From the NCBI GenBank assembly GCA_947494155.1, contig CANLTW010000001.1, positions 96,001 to 160,000 of the forward strand: a DNA stretch of 64,000 nt, read 5' to 3'. A model generated the notes under the pieces. The model did not search any database, was not told the DNA's origin, and was given only the letters and a program-made list of their open reading frames with translations. Made by a program: the position numbers and the translations under genes. This DNA comes from Chlamydiota bacterium (GTDB lineage Bacteria; Chlamydiota; Chlamydiia; Chlamydiales; RGXB01). Positions 19,880 through 29,689 of this stretch are shown in pieces. Every line of letters starts with the position of its first letter. Position 1 is the stretch's first letter.

Positions 19880-20110
19880 TCTTCTTTAAACTTGAAAAAG
19901 AAAAAGCCGTAATTGCTAGGTTATATAGACTATTAAAAACCCCTTTATTCTTCTTTATTTATGCATAAGAAATGCGTGCTTATTTTTGGTATGAACTACT
20001 GAATTCTAAAAAAGCGAACCCCTTTCTTTATTGCATCCAATTTTGAAGACTGTAAGTAAAAGGCTTTTTTTGTTTAAATATACGTTTAAGACTAAGAAGA
20101 AAGGATTCAC

Positions 20111-20866
20111 ATGAGTCAGAAGAAACGCATTCTACTGATCGAGGATGAAGAGGATATCGCAGCTCTGATCAAACTCCAAGCTGAGCTCTCGGGATTTAAA
20201 CTTCACGTTGAGGTGGATGGGATAAATGGATTCCGCGCAGTAGAACGGGAAAAACCCGATCTAGTTTTGCTTGATATCATGCTTCCTGGCCAAAACGGGT
20301 ACGATGTTTGTCGCAAAATCAAGAGCACCCCCGAGCTCAAATCGATACCTGTTATCATCCTCACTGCAAAAGATGAAGAACTAGACATCCTTTTGGGTCT
20401 AGAACTCGGCGCCGACGACTACATTCTTAAGCCTTTTTCCCCTAAAGTTCTGATGTCCCGCATCCGTGCGGTGCTTAGAAGGGGGAAAGAGAACGAAAAA
20501 GCTCCTAAGACCCTCTGTTTTGGAGAATTCACTTTAGAGGTAGATCGCTACCTTCTTCGTAAAAAAGATAAAGTGATCACGATTACCCTATCTGAATTTG
20601 GAATCCTCAAAAGACTCTTGCTTAACCGCGGTAAAGTCCTTACACGAAACCAACTTCTTGATGATATTCATAATGATGACTCTTTTGTTGTCGACCGCAA
20701 TATCGATGTCCACATTGCAGCTCTTCGCCGCAAACTAGGTCCAAATTTTAAATGGATCGATACGGTAAGAGGAGTTGGCTATCGGTTTAAGGGAGATGCT
20801 AACGAGACGTATGATGATGAGAGCGAGTCCTATGATCTTGAGGAGATGGAAGAGGCTCTGGTCTAA
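20111..20866 (+). CDS. OmpR/PhoB family response regulator (ChxR-like orphan)
   Basis: LIEDE, LLDIMLP, LTAK, KPF, winged helix DVHIAALRRKL-TVRGVGY. Confidence 0.92.
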   Translation: MSQKKRILLIEDEEDIAALIKLQAELSGFKLHVEVDGINGFRAVEREKPDLVLLDIMLPGQNGYDVCRKIKSTPELKSIPVIILTAKDEELDILLGLELGADDYILKPFSPKVLMSRIRAVLRRGKENEKAPKTLCFGEFTLEVDRYLLRKKDKVITITLSEFGILKRLLLNRGKVLTRNQLLDDIHNDDSFVVDRNIDVHIAALRRKLGPNFKWIDTVRGVGYRFKGDANETYDDESESYDLEEMEEALV

Positions 20867-20877
20867 AAAAACCTAAA

Positions 20878-20903
20878 AAAAGAGGGGCTCCAGCCCCTCT
20901 TTT
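20878..20903 (+). terminator. intrinsic terminator
   Basis: AAAAGAGGGGC-TCCA-GCCCCTCTTTT just after the stop codon. Confidence 0.8.
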
Positions 20904-21001
20904 GCTTTTAAAAACCCTCTATTTTTGCCAATCTCTCTTAACAAGTTTAAAATAAATCCCCTATCGTTTAAGAAACAGGCAAAAGACACCATAGGTTTTT
21001 T

Positions 21002-21451
21002 ATGCAAAAAACGTTAGTAACTTCTCTTATAGCCCTATCCCTTATCTCTTGCTCTACAAACACCGGAACCGGTGCTTTGGTTGGAGGGGGTGGTGGCGCC
21101 CTGATTGGAGGCTTGGCAGGTGGCTGGGAAGGGGCGGCAATCGGTGGTGCTGCCGGTGCTATTTTAGGGGGGCTGATTGGGAATGCAGCAGACCAAAAAG
21201 AAAAACAGCAACAAATTGATAACCAATACCCTGGTCTCTCCCAAAAACTGATCAATAATGAGCCTTTAAATGTTCAAGATGTGATCAATTTATCCAAACA
21301 GAATGTTCCGGCTGAGCAAATTATCCGCTACCTTAAGGATTCGGATAGTCAATTCTCGCTTACAACCCAGGATTGTAAAACTCTTTGTAGAAAAGGGGTT
21401 GACGATTCGGTCGTCAGATATATGAGCCAAGGGCAGTGTGGTTGCAACTGA
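21002..21451 (+). CDS. glycine-zipper lipoprotein
   Basis: lipobox LISC; TGALVGGGGGALIGG-GAAIGGAAGAILGGLIG. Confidence 0.85.
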   Translation: MQKTLVTSLIALSLISCSTNTGTGALVGGGGGALIGGLAGGWEGAAIGGAAGAILGGLIGNAADQKEKQQQIDNQYPGLSQKLINNEPLNVQDVINLSKQNVPAEQIIRYLKDSDSQFSLTTQDCKTLCRKGVDDSVVRYMSQGQCGCN

Positions 21452-21585
21452 TCTTTACGTGGTATTAATAGTATATTTACTAATTATTTTATCTCGAAAA
21501 ATCGGGTGTTTTTCTATGCAAAATTTGATTGATTTTTAAAATATATATGCGATAAACAAATGGTTCTAAACTTTAAAAAAACGTC

Positions 21586-22602
21586 ATGGCACTAGCGACC
21601 TCCTACACCCCGTACAACGAACCTCACCAGCTTTTGGATCCAATCCATCAGCTTCAGGAGGAGAGCGTTTTTTGTGAACGTTTTGAAAAACTATCGAGCT
21701 TTCATCTCGTCTTTCACTTCTCCTGCCTAACTCTTTTGAGTCTACAAACTCTGGCGTTTGTGTATCTTCTTGTGATGAACACCCGATCTCCCTATGTTGC
21801 GGCTCTCCTTTTTTCGGGTATTTTGACTCTATTCTCCTACTTGATCCTCCTTTTTTACTACCAAGCGAAAAAACCGCAGGATTTCCAGGATCTAAGACGC
21901 TTTTTCATCCAGGCATGCCGTAAAGAGATCGCTGAGAGTCGACCCAACCAAGAGGAGCACCTCTTTTTAGCAAAAGCTGCAGAAAGTTTGACAAGCAAGC
22001 TGGCTAAAAACCAGTTCTATCTAAACAATCTGGGGACACTCTCCTCTCTAATACGTCTAGTACGTTTCAAAGATGTGGAGAAAATGCAGGAGCTTTTAAT
22101 GTATGCTGCTATTCAAGAGCACATCGAAAAGATCAAAAAAGATCCCCTCAATTCCCAAACGCATTTATCGCTAGCGAAATCCTATCTCAACATGTACAGG
22201 CTCTACCAGTCACCGCTTAAAGAGCCCCTTAGCCGGTTTTGGATCGTCAAAAAAATCATCCAAACTGAGAAGAGGCAAAAAAGGGTAGATGCCTCTTTAC
22301 TACTAGCGATGGAGGAGCTAAGAATTGGTTTAGCATCTCAAAATGAGGAACCCTGGGCTCTTTTGGAACTTGCAAATTGTTACGAGGCTCTTCAAGATAA
22401 GCAACTAGAACTTCATACACTAAAACAGCTTCAAGAGATTCGCCCCCTTGACGAGTCTTTGCTTTTACGCATAGGAAAAATCTACTTTTTCCTCGGTATG
22501 ACCTCGCATGGTCTCGAGATTTTTTCCACATTAAAAAACATCAATGTGCACCTCTCGTTTGAACTAATCGATTCTTACAACGCCTACCTTAAAAAGATCT
22601 AG
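21586..22602 (+). CDS. two-TM membrane protein with C-terminal TPR-like repeats
   Basis: two N-terminal hydrophobic helices; helical repeats WALLELANCY, LLRIGKIYF. Confidence 0.7.
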   Translation: MALATSYTPYNEPHQLLDPIHQLQEESVFCERFEKLSSFHLVFHFSCLTLLSLQTLAFVYLLVMNTRSPYVAALLFSGILTLFSYLILLFYYQAKKPQDFQDLRRFFIQACRKEIAESRPNQEEHLFLAKAAESLTSKLAKNQFYLNNLGTLSSLIRLVRFKDVEKMQELLMYAAIQEHIEKIKKDPLNSQTHLSLAKSYLNMYRLYQSPLKEPLSRFWIVKKIIQTEKRQKRVDASLLLAMEELRIGLASQNEEPWALLELANCYEALQDKQLELHTLKQLQEIRPLDESLLLRIGKIYFFLGMTSHGLEIFSTLKNINVHLSFELIDSYNAYLKKI

Positions 22603-22614
22603 AAAAAGATCTAG
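22591..22614 (+). repeat. 12-bp tandem duplication covering a stop codon
   Basis: AAAAAGATCTAG twice in succession. Confidence 0.8.
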
Positions 22615-22718
22615 CCAACCCCCTTTCCCTTTTTTTTCTCTTTCAAGTAATTTTTTTATTTAAATTTTTTTCTTAAACGATTAGAAATCAAGTAAGTATA
22701 GCTATAAAGGGATGCAGA

Positions 22719-25508
22719 ATGAAACGAGGGCTCTTTTTGGGTGCGGTTGTGTCACATTTAGCCTTGTTTTCACAAGGAATTTCTACAGATTCTCTCGACA
22801 AAGAAGAAGCATTCATGGTCAGAAGGATCACAGAATTCTGGAAAGACCAGGATTTTGCCCTAGTGGAGAGACAAATATTTGTTTTTTTAGAAAAGTATCC
22901 CGATTCGACTCTTAAAGATTATCTCAAAGGAATTTTGGGGGATATTTATCTTAAAGATCGAAACTTTGAAAAAGCGATTGACACCTACTTATCGATTCAA
23001 GACTCTGACGTCGAAGAGAAGGTTCTAGTGAATGCATTACAAGCGATGTACGAGCTTAGCCGTTACAACGACTTGTATATGACAGGCGGCAAGTATTTAG
23101 CCCATCCGGAGATTTTTGAAGATCGCAAAGAGGAATTTCTTTTCCTTGTTGCCGAGGGTTTTTTTCGCAGCTCGCTAGATCAAGAGGAGGCTAGTGCACT
23201 CCCCCTTTTACAAGAGGCTAAAAAACTCTATGAAAAACTGGTCAAAACAAGTTACGGTGATCCTGCTCAATTTGCTTTAGCTGAAATCTACAAAAAGACG
23301 AATGAGCCCCAAAAATCGGCAGAACTTTTTAAAAAGCTTGCCTCTAAGTATAAGGATAAAAAAGAGGAGCTCCTCTTTCATGCAGGTCTCGCTGAATCCT
23401 CTTACAATCCTAAAGGGGCGATCGATACGTTTAGCGAAGTGGTCGAAATGCGCGGAAGCAGACTCTTTACCAGCGCGTTTAATCGTCTTGTACTCATGTT
23501 TCAACTAGAAGCTTATGATTCTGTTATCGACTCCATCGATGTTGTTTTAGCCAACGCTGATCAACAAAGCCTGCCCGTTGTCCTCTATATGTACTCACGC
23601 TCTTTATTTGGGGCAAAAATGTATGATAAAGCACTTGAAATTCTTGATAAGCTTGAGGCGAGAAGCGCTTTAGACGAAGCCCAAAAGAAAAATCTCTACC
23701 TGATTGAGCTTGGATCGAGCCAGCAGCTTAAAGCCCTTGAGCGGTACGAAAAAGCGCTTAAAAAGTTTGAGTCGGCCTTTCCTCAAGATAAAGAGATCCC
23801 TAAAGCAATTTTTATCCACGCACTACTTTTGAAAGAGCAGCTTAAAACACAAGAGGCGCAGTGTCAGCTGGAAAAAATCCTAAAACAATTCAGTGATTTT
23901 GAGAGTGCCGATTCGCTTTTGCTCGAATATGGGCTTGTAACTTACGACAATGAGCAGTATGAGCTTTCCCGTACGAGTTTGAAAAGTTTTATCGACACCT
24001 TCCCCTCTTCAGATCAGATCCATCTCGCCTGGCGTTATTACCTCTCGGGAACACTACAGCTTTACGATCTGATCCAAAGAGAAGAGCACACCGTAGAGGA
24101 ATTCTCAAAAATTCAATTCTTTAGTGATTTGAGTTGGGTGTTGTCTAATGCCAAGGGGTTGTCTGATAAAGAGATTCAAGAGAGCCGATTCTTGCAGGCA
24201 AAAGTCGGTTTTGATTTAGGGTATACACAGGAATCCTTGCAAAAGCTTGTGACCTATATCCAAGACTACTCCAAACATAGCTCTATCTCGGATGCCCACC
24301 TCCTTGTTGCTCTCTGCTATGACCGTATGCGCACCAACTACGAGAACTTTATTGAACATGCCGATAAATCGATCCAGTTAGCGCAGAAACAAGATCACCT
24401 CAGCTCGATGCACATCCAAATCTTTAATGCCCTACTTCGCTATAAAGAATCTTTAGAATCTCACCCTAATTTAACACAATTGCAATCTAAACGGCTTAAA
24501 GAGATCCAAGAAAAAGCATCCCAACACCTCTATGCGGCATTCATTCGTGAGGACCTCGATATCCGAAAAGAGAATCTTTTATGGTTATCGAATATTTTCT
24601 ATGACCAATCTCCGCTACACTTAAGTGTTTATGAGAGGGTAGAAGGGGCAGAATCTCCCCTTCCCGACAACTTATCCAAGGCCAAAAAAATCCTACAAAG
24701 AATTTTGGTGTCGGGCAAAGAGACCTTCCTTAATCAGATCCAGAGTGCTCCAACTCTTGAGTGGGATATGATGCGACTTGTACGTATTGCCCATAAAGAG
24801 GGGAATTTGCGCCAAAAACAATCCTACCTAGAGATCCTTACGGAGTCCTATAGAAAGTGTGCCCATACATGGAGCCAAAGGCAAGAGGCTCTTATCGAAC
24901 TCTCCAAAATTTATGAGGTGCAAGGGAATAAAAAAATGGCTCTGGAAACTCTTAAAGAGGCCGTAGCTGTCTCGGGGTCCCACAGAACAATGGGTTCAGA
25001 GTATGCGCGCATCCATAAAATACGCCTTGAGTGTGAGGATTTCGAAAATTTTAATCAGGCACAAATTGAGGAAAAGATCAACTACCTGAAAGGATTGCAA
25101 ATCCAAAAAGATGTGGGATCAGAGCCTCTGCACCTTGAAGCAAGCCTTGTCTATGCTGAAGCAAGAACCTATCTATCTGATGAGCTCGAAAAAGACTCCA
25201 AGCACCTCTTCTTTTTGAACCGGGTGAAGGAGGATTATAATAATCCTAAAGATCCCCAAATAGTCGCTTACAAATCGAGTCTGAATCAGAATCCAAAGCT
25301 TAAAGGGCTGTACGAAGAGTATATGCAGGTGTTGGATGCAGAGATGCTCCTTGCGAAATTCCGTCTAGAATCGGCAAATGGGGATTCCAGGGATGCTAAT
25401 GTCTACAAGCTCGAGGGGTTAAAACTCCTCTCAAAATTGAAAAAAGAGCCCTTAGTCTCCCACTATGTGAAAGTAAAAGTAGATGATCTTGAGAATCTTT
25501 TCGAATAG
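22719..25508 (+). CDS. large exported TPR-repeat protein
   Basis: signal-peptide-like N-terminus; many TPR-like units (LGDIY-FEKAI-Y, AQFALAEIY, FP-S). Confidence 0.8.
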   Translation: MKRGLFLGAVVSHLALFSQGISTDSLDKEEAFMVRRITEFWKDQDFALVERQIFVFLEKYPDSTLKDYLKGILGDIYLKDRNFEKAIDTYLSIQDSDVEEKVLVNALQAMYELSRYNDLYMTGGKYLAHPEIFEDRKEEFLFLVAEGFFRSSLDQEEASALPLLQEAKKLYEKLVKTSYGDPAQFALAEIYKKTNEPQKSAELFKKLASKYKDKKEELLFHAGLAESSYNPKGAIDTFSEVVEMRGSRLFTSAFNRLVLMFQLEAYDSVIDSIDVVLANADQQSLPVVLYMYSRSLFGAKMYDKALEILDKLEARSALDEAQKKNLYLIELGSSQQLKALERYEKALKKFESAFPQDKEIPKAIFIHALLLKEQLKTQEAQCQLEKILKQFSDFESADSLLLEYGLVTYDNEQYELSRTSLKSFIDTFPSSDQIHLAWRYYLSGTLQLYDLIQREEHTVEEFSKIQFFSDLSWVLSNAKGLSDKEIQESRFLQAKVGFDLGYTQESLQKLVTYIQDYSKHSSISDAHLLVALCYDRMRTNYENFIEHADKSIQLAQKQDHLSSMHIQIFNALLRYKESLESHPNLTQLQSKRLKEIQEKASQHLYAAFIREDLDIRKENLLWLSNIFYDQSPLHLSVYERVEGAESPLPDNLSKAKKILQRILVSGKETFLNQIQSAPTLEWDMMRLVRIAHKEGNLRQKQSYLEILTESYRKCAHTWSQRQEALIELSKIYEVQGNKKMALETLKEAVAVSGSHRTMGSEYARIHKIRLECEDFENFNQAQIEEKINYLKGLQIQKDVGSEPLHLEASLVYAEARTYLSDELEKDSKHLFFLNRVKEDYNNPKDPQIVAYKSSLNQNPKLKGLYEEYMQVLDAEMLLAKFRLESANGDSRDANVYKLEGLKLLSKLKKEPLVSHYVKVKVDDLENLFE

Positions 25509-25529
25509 GTAGGGCTAAGGTTTAAAACT

Positions 25530-28500
25530 GTGCGTATGACAAAAAAACCCTTTTTCACACTCTTTTGGATGAGTTCAGCACTTTTAGCTGCCTCGACAGA
25601 TATGTCACCCCTTTTGTTAGAGGGGCCAAGGGTGGAGCCCGCTTTTGAGCCGACAGAATATTACACCCCCAAATTTGAGAAAACCCGTCATACGAATCTT
25701 TTAGATAAACTTCCTGAAAAAGGGGAAATTCCCCTGGACGGAACCTCTTTAAAGAGAGAGGAGGTTTCTCGTGGAGATTGGAGTGTTACCTTCCATTCAA
25801 AACTCCTTTTTGAGGATACACACCTGCTCTCCAAAAAAAGGCACCCTTTTTTCTCCTCAAAAAAATTTGTCCCTTTCCAAATGCAAAAATCGGGGTATAT
25901 TTCTCTTCATCCTCACCTTCTTTTCATTGATAAACGCTATTCATCCTCCCATTTTTGTAAGCTCGACCCTTTTGTTGTTTCTCAAGCCGATATCCCCATA
26001 GAAAAAGAGACTGTGTTCATTTATGAGAATTTTTCCCCTCTGGTGGAAGAGGAATTGAATGACCTCTTTATACTGGAATCTGACTATAAATCAGAAAACC
26101 ATTCTTTGAAAAAAATCTCTCTTTCTCTTAAACATCTTGAGAAAAAAAATTCCCTGATCGAAGAATCAAACACCCCTTGTCACGCTATTATCAAGGGGAA
26201 AATCTTACCTCTCCCTTTACTTCCCGTCCATTTAGCCAAAGAAACCATTTTGCCATTAGGCAAAGAGGTCTGTCACCCAAAAGGTTTTGTTCTTGAAGAG
26301 GAATTAAGCCAAAAACACAAACAAATTTCCTTTAGGATTGCTAAAAATTTTAAAGTGCATTTTAGTCTTGAATTGAACCTAAAAGACCTAAAGGATACCC
26401 CTTTACCACTTTTAGAAGAATATTACAGCTACCTTGATGCGAGTGTCGATTCTGATGAGCCTCTTTTTATCGGAGATGAGGGGGAATACCCCTATTATGC
26501 TTTCATCGAACAGCCCCAAATAGCTGAAAACTCTAGCACCGCGATAAAGCACACCAATTTTTTTGAAACGGAACAGGAAAATCCACCCCAAGAGATCTCT
26601 ACACTGGAGCCGATCAGAGAAAATTCCTTAAATGCCTCTTTAATAATAGAGGAGACCGAGCCAAAAAGTATTCAGAACGAGGATCTTGAGCCGGTAACCA
26701 CTCAATTAGTCTCCAAAATCTCACCTATTAACCCACCTAATCTCCCCGTAAATCCCGTTGATGGGATCTGTAGTACGCCACATGGAATACAAGGGAATAA
26801 CAAAGCCTCGGTCGAGTCCTCTTTAGAGGATCATCCGTTTTCCCTTTTGGAAATCCCCCATCTTTTGCTCTACATGATAGCGAATAATACCGCCTCTAAC
26901 GAGAATTCCTTTTTTCCACAAACCGACAAAGGGGAAACGATCTTTTTCTTTAGATATCTTGAACCGAGCGATAAAACGCTTTTTCGATGGACAAATTTCA
27001 CATACCCGTTCCCGCTTAACCCTATTTTCCAACCGATCCATCTTTTTTGTGAGTACGTAGCAGATCTTTTTCATCCCTTCGAGGAGAAGCTAAACCGACT
27101 GTTTGACTATTTTGCTACAAAATACCCTCTCGAAAAAAGTCAATCGTTCTCACTATCGACAAAATCTTCACCAATCGATATGCATGGTCTTTCCAACACT
27201 TTGGAAAAATCGAGGCTATTTTCGACACCACTTCTATCTCTACCGTTGCCTAAGGTTGTGAGAAATTTTTGTCATGATTTCATTACCCAACCTCTAGTGG
27301 TCCTTCCCACTATACCTGAATTACACGATGAAAATGTGGTTTCAAACGAACCGCTTGAATTAGCTGATAAGCTCGAGAGTAATACACCTCTGATCTCCTC
27401 AAAGTTTGTCGTTTTTCATCACCCCCTTGGCCTCTCAACTACAGACCTGAACAGCGCCGAAAACAAGCTGCTTTTACCACAAAAAACTACAGGACTGGAG
27501 ACAAAAATTGCTTCAGGAATCCCTTTTTATAAGGAGCTGCCACCCCAACAGTCGCAACAAGAGATCCAAACCCTGTATTTGCCGCATAAGATCGATGAGG
27601 AAAAAAACCATCTAAAAGTGCTCTACTCGTCAGGGGTATTTTTGACTCATGTCAATATTTTGCACCCCGGATTTATCAAAATATCCACGCAAAAAGAGGC
27701 CCTGCTTGAGCTATTTGACGCCAAAACCGAGACCCTTATAGCAGATAAAGACCGTCTTGATTTACTCCCCGGGCAGAAATTTCGCACCTCCATCAGCCTT
27801 GAACACAAAAAAATGGTTTCGTTTGAGCCTGTTGCTAACGATTATGTAGAAAAAATCTCTATAGAGAAGATTGAAATAGCCGTACTGGATTCACCGCAGA
27901 GGAAAATTCTCAAGCATTTCTTGCAAAGTGAGATCTCTTTAAAAGAGATCCCTTTAACTTCTAAATCCTTGGCAATGATCACCGGAGCAAGAATGCTTAA
28001 TGAGCAGACAAGAAAGTTCTTTGCCTCTGTAGACTGTTTTCGAAATCTCCCCTACTTGGCGGAAGATGTAACAGAGCAGTTTTTCACAAAGGCCACAAGC
28101 GCCGCCCTCTCTTCAAAAGAGGGTTATGGGGTGGAGATCGAACTAGAACTTTCTGAGACAGCCAGACCCTCAATTTTAGACCAGGAAATTCTTTTTGTCC
28201 TTGATGGCTCCAAAAATACCCCGGTTGAACATTTTGCCATTTACAAGCAGGCGATCCTAAGGAGCTTAAAAAGCTTAAATACCGATACACGATTCAACAT
28301 CCTTGTAGTCGCAAAAACAGTGGAAAAACTCTTCGATTCTTCTGTTAGCGCAAGTCTCGATAAGCAAATACTTGCAAAAAGATTTTTAGAAAAAGTCGAA
28401 TCTTATCAAGGGTCTGAAACGGGGCTGCTGCTAAAGACCTGTGCAACCCTTGTCCCCTCTGAAGATGACAACACCCTCACAACCGTTGCCCTCATGGCCG

Positions 28501-29069
28501 ACTCAGTGAAGCCGCAAAAACAGCTTGTGTATCTGCAGGAGACTAAAAAAATTGTGGAAAAAAACCAGGGGAATTTCCAGCTTCTAACCTTCTCGCTTAC
28601 CTCTAAAGATCACCAAGATCTCCAATTTATCTCGATGATCGGGAGCGGAAAAAACCATATAATCACCTCTTCAACCTCTTTTGTGAGAAAATTCTGCTCG
28701 ATGATTCGCAAAATCAAATATCCTTTCCTTGCAAATCTCTCTATAACACCCTTAAGTGAGGGTGTAGAAATTCTCCCCCATAGTCAACTTATTGGCCCCA
28801 TTTTCTTAAATCAACCACTGAAATTCTATGCGGTCTGTGAAAAAAATACCCCGTTCTTCCTTCTGATCCAATCCATGTGCGACGGAAAAATCGTACGCAT
28901 CCTTAAAGAAATCAAACCCATAAGCAACGAAAGTATTCGCTCAAAAATGAAGGCAGAAATTCAGCTCAAACGGGCAGCTGACGCTTTCAGAGACTATGTC
29001 AAAAAAGAGAACCGTGCGAATCTTGAGGAAACCAATAAGCGCCTAGAACTTTTTGATATCCAGCTCTAA
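25530..29069 (+). CDS. large exported protein with C-terminal VWA-like domain (start may be 25536)
   Basis: signal-like N-terminus; EILFVLDGSKN, TRFNILV pattern near the C-terminus. Confidence 0.65.
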   Translation: MRMTKKPFFTLFWMSSALLAASTDMSPLLLEGPRVEPAFEPTEYYTPKFEKTRHTNLLDKLPEKGEIPLDGTSLKREEVSRGDWSVTFHSKLLFEDTHLLSKKRHPFFSSKKFVPFQMQKSGYISLHPHLLFIDKRYSSSHFCKLDPFVVSQADIPIEKETVFIYENFSPLVEEELNDLFILESDYKSENHSLKKISLSLKHLEKKNSLIEESNTPCHAIIKGKILPLPLLPVHLAKETILPLGKEVCHPKGFVLEEELSQKHKQISFRIAKNFKVHFSLELNLKDLKDTPLPLLEEYYSYLDASVDSDEPLFIGDEGEYPYYAFIEQPQIAENSSTAIKHTNFFETEQENPPQEISTLEPIRENSLNASLIIEETEPKSIQNEDLEPVTTQLVSKISPINPPNLPVNPVDGICSTPHGIQGNNKASVESSLEDHPFSLLEIPHLLLYMIANNTASNENSFFPQTDKGETIFFFRYLEPSDKTLFRWTNFTYPFPLNPIFQPIHLFCEYVADLFHPFEEKLNRLFDYFATKYPLEKSQSFSLSTKSSPIDMHGLSNTLEKSRLFSTPLLSLPLPKVVRNFCHDFITQPLVVLPTIPELHDENVVSNEPLELADKLESNTPLISSKFVVFHHPLGLSTTDLNSAENKLLLPQKTTGLETKIASGIPFYKELPPQQSQQEIQTLYLPHKIDEEKNHLKVLYSSGVFLTHVNILHPGFIKISTQKEALLELFDAKTETLIADKDRLDLLPGQKFRTSISLEHKKMVSFEPVANDYVEKISIEKIEIAVLDSPQRKILKHFLQSEISLKEIPLTSKSLAMITGARMLNEQTRKFFASVDCFRNLPYLAEDVTEQFFTKATSAALSSKEGYGVEIELELSETARPSILDQEILFVLDGSKNTPVEHFAIYKQAILRSLKSLNTDTRFNILVVAKTVEKLFDSSVSASLDKQILAKRFLEKVESYQGSETGLLLKTCATLVPSEDDNTLTTVALMADSVKPQKQLVYLQETKKIVEKNQGNFQLLTFSLTSKDHQDLQFISMIGSGKNHIITSSTSFVRKFCSMIRKIKYPFLANLSITPLSEGVEILPHSQLIGPIFLNQPLKFYAVCEKNTPFFLLIQSMCDGKIVRILKEIKPISNESIRSKMKAEIQLKRAADAFRDYVKKENRANLEETNKRLELFDIQL

Positions 29070-29158
29070 CCGATCTCTATTTATTTCCCCCTTTTTTCGA
29101 TTTTTTTAGATAACAACAGAAAAAAAGGGTAGAATTTTTATGACCATGTTGAGCGTTT

Positions 29159-29689
29159 ATGTACATTCTTGCCGGAACTAAAAAAGGGATGCGTCTTAAC
29201 GTCCCGAAAGAGGGGACAAGGCCCACAACTAATAAAATAAAAAAATCGCTATTTGATTCCATACAGTATTTAATCGAAGGGGCTTGTGTACTAGACCTAT
29301 TCGCTGGAAGCGGAAGCCTGGGACTTGAGGCCTTATCGAGAGGCGCTCAAACGGCTACGTTTGTGGAAAAAGATGCAGTTGCTATCGAATGCATCAAAAA
29401 AAATGTGGAAACCCTTGGTTTTTCTTCACAAACCACCCTTATCCCCTACCCTGTCGATCGTTCTATCTCTCACCTAAAAGAGTACGATCTGATTTTTGTC
29501 GACCCCCCATACGATTTAGACATCAAAAATTTGGTGGAGGAGGTACGATCGCATCTCAAAGAGGGGGGCCTAATGATCGTAGAACAGTCTAAAAGGACAA
29601 AATTTCTGGAAGATCTGCCGTTTAACAGGAAAAAAGAGTATGGAGATACTGTGAACTACTTTTTTGAAAAAATAGCGAGAAACAGCTAA
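29159..29689 (+). CDS. rsmD: 16S rRNA m2G966 methyltransferase
   Basis: TRPT, LDLFAGSGSLGLEALSRGA, IFVDPPY. Confidence 0.95.
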   Translation: MYILAGTKKGMRLNVPKEGTRPTTNKIKKSLFDSIQYLIEGACVLDLFAGSGSLGLEALSRGAQTATFVEKDAVAIECIKKNVETLGFSSQTTLIPYPVDRSISHLKEYDLIFVDPPYDLDIKNLVEEVRSHLKEGGLMIVEQSKRTKFLEDLPFNRKKEYGDTVNYFFEKIARNS

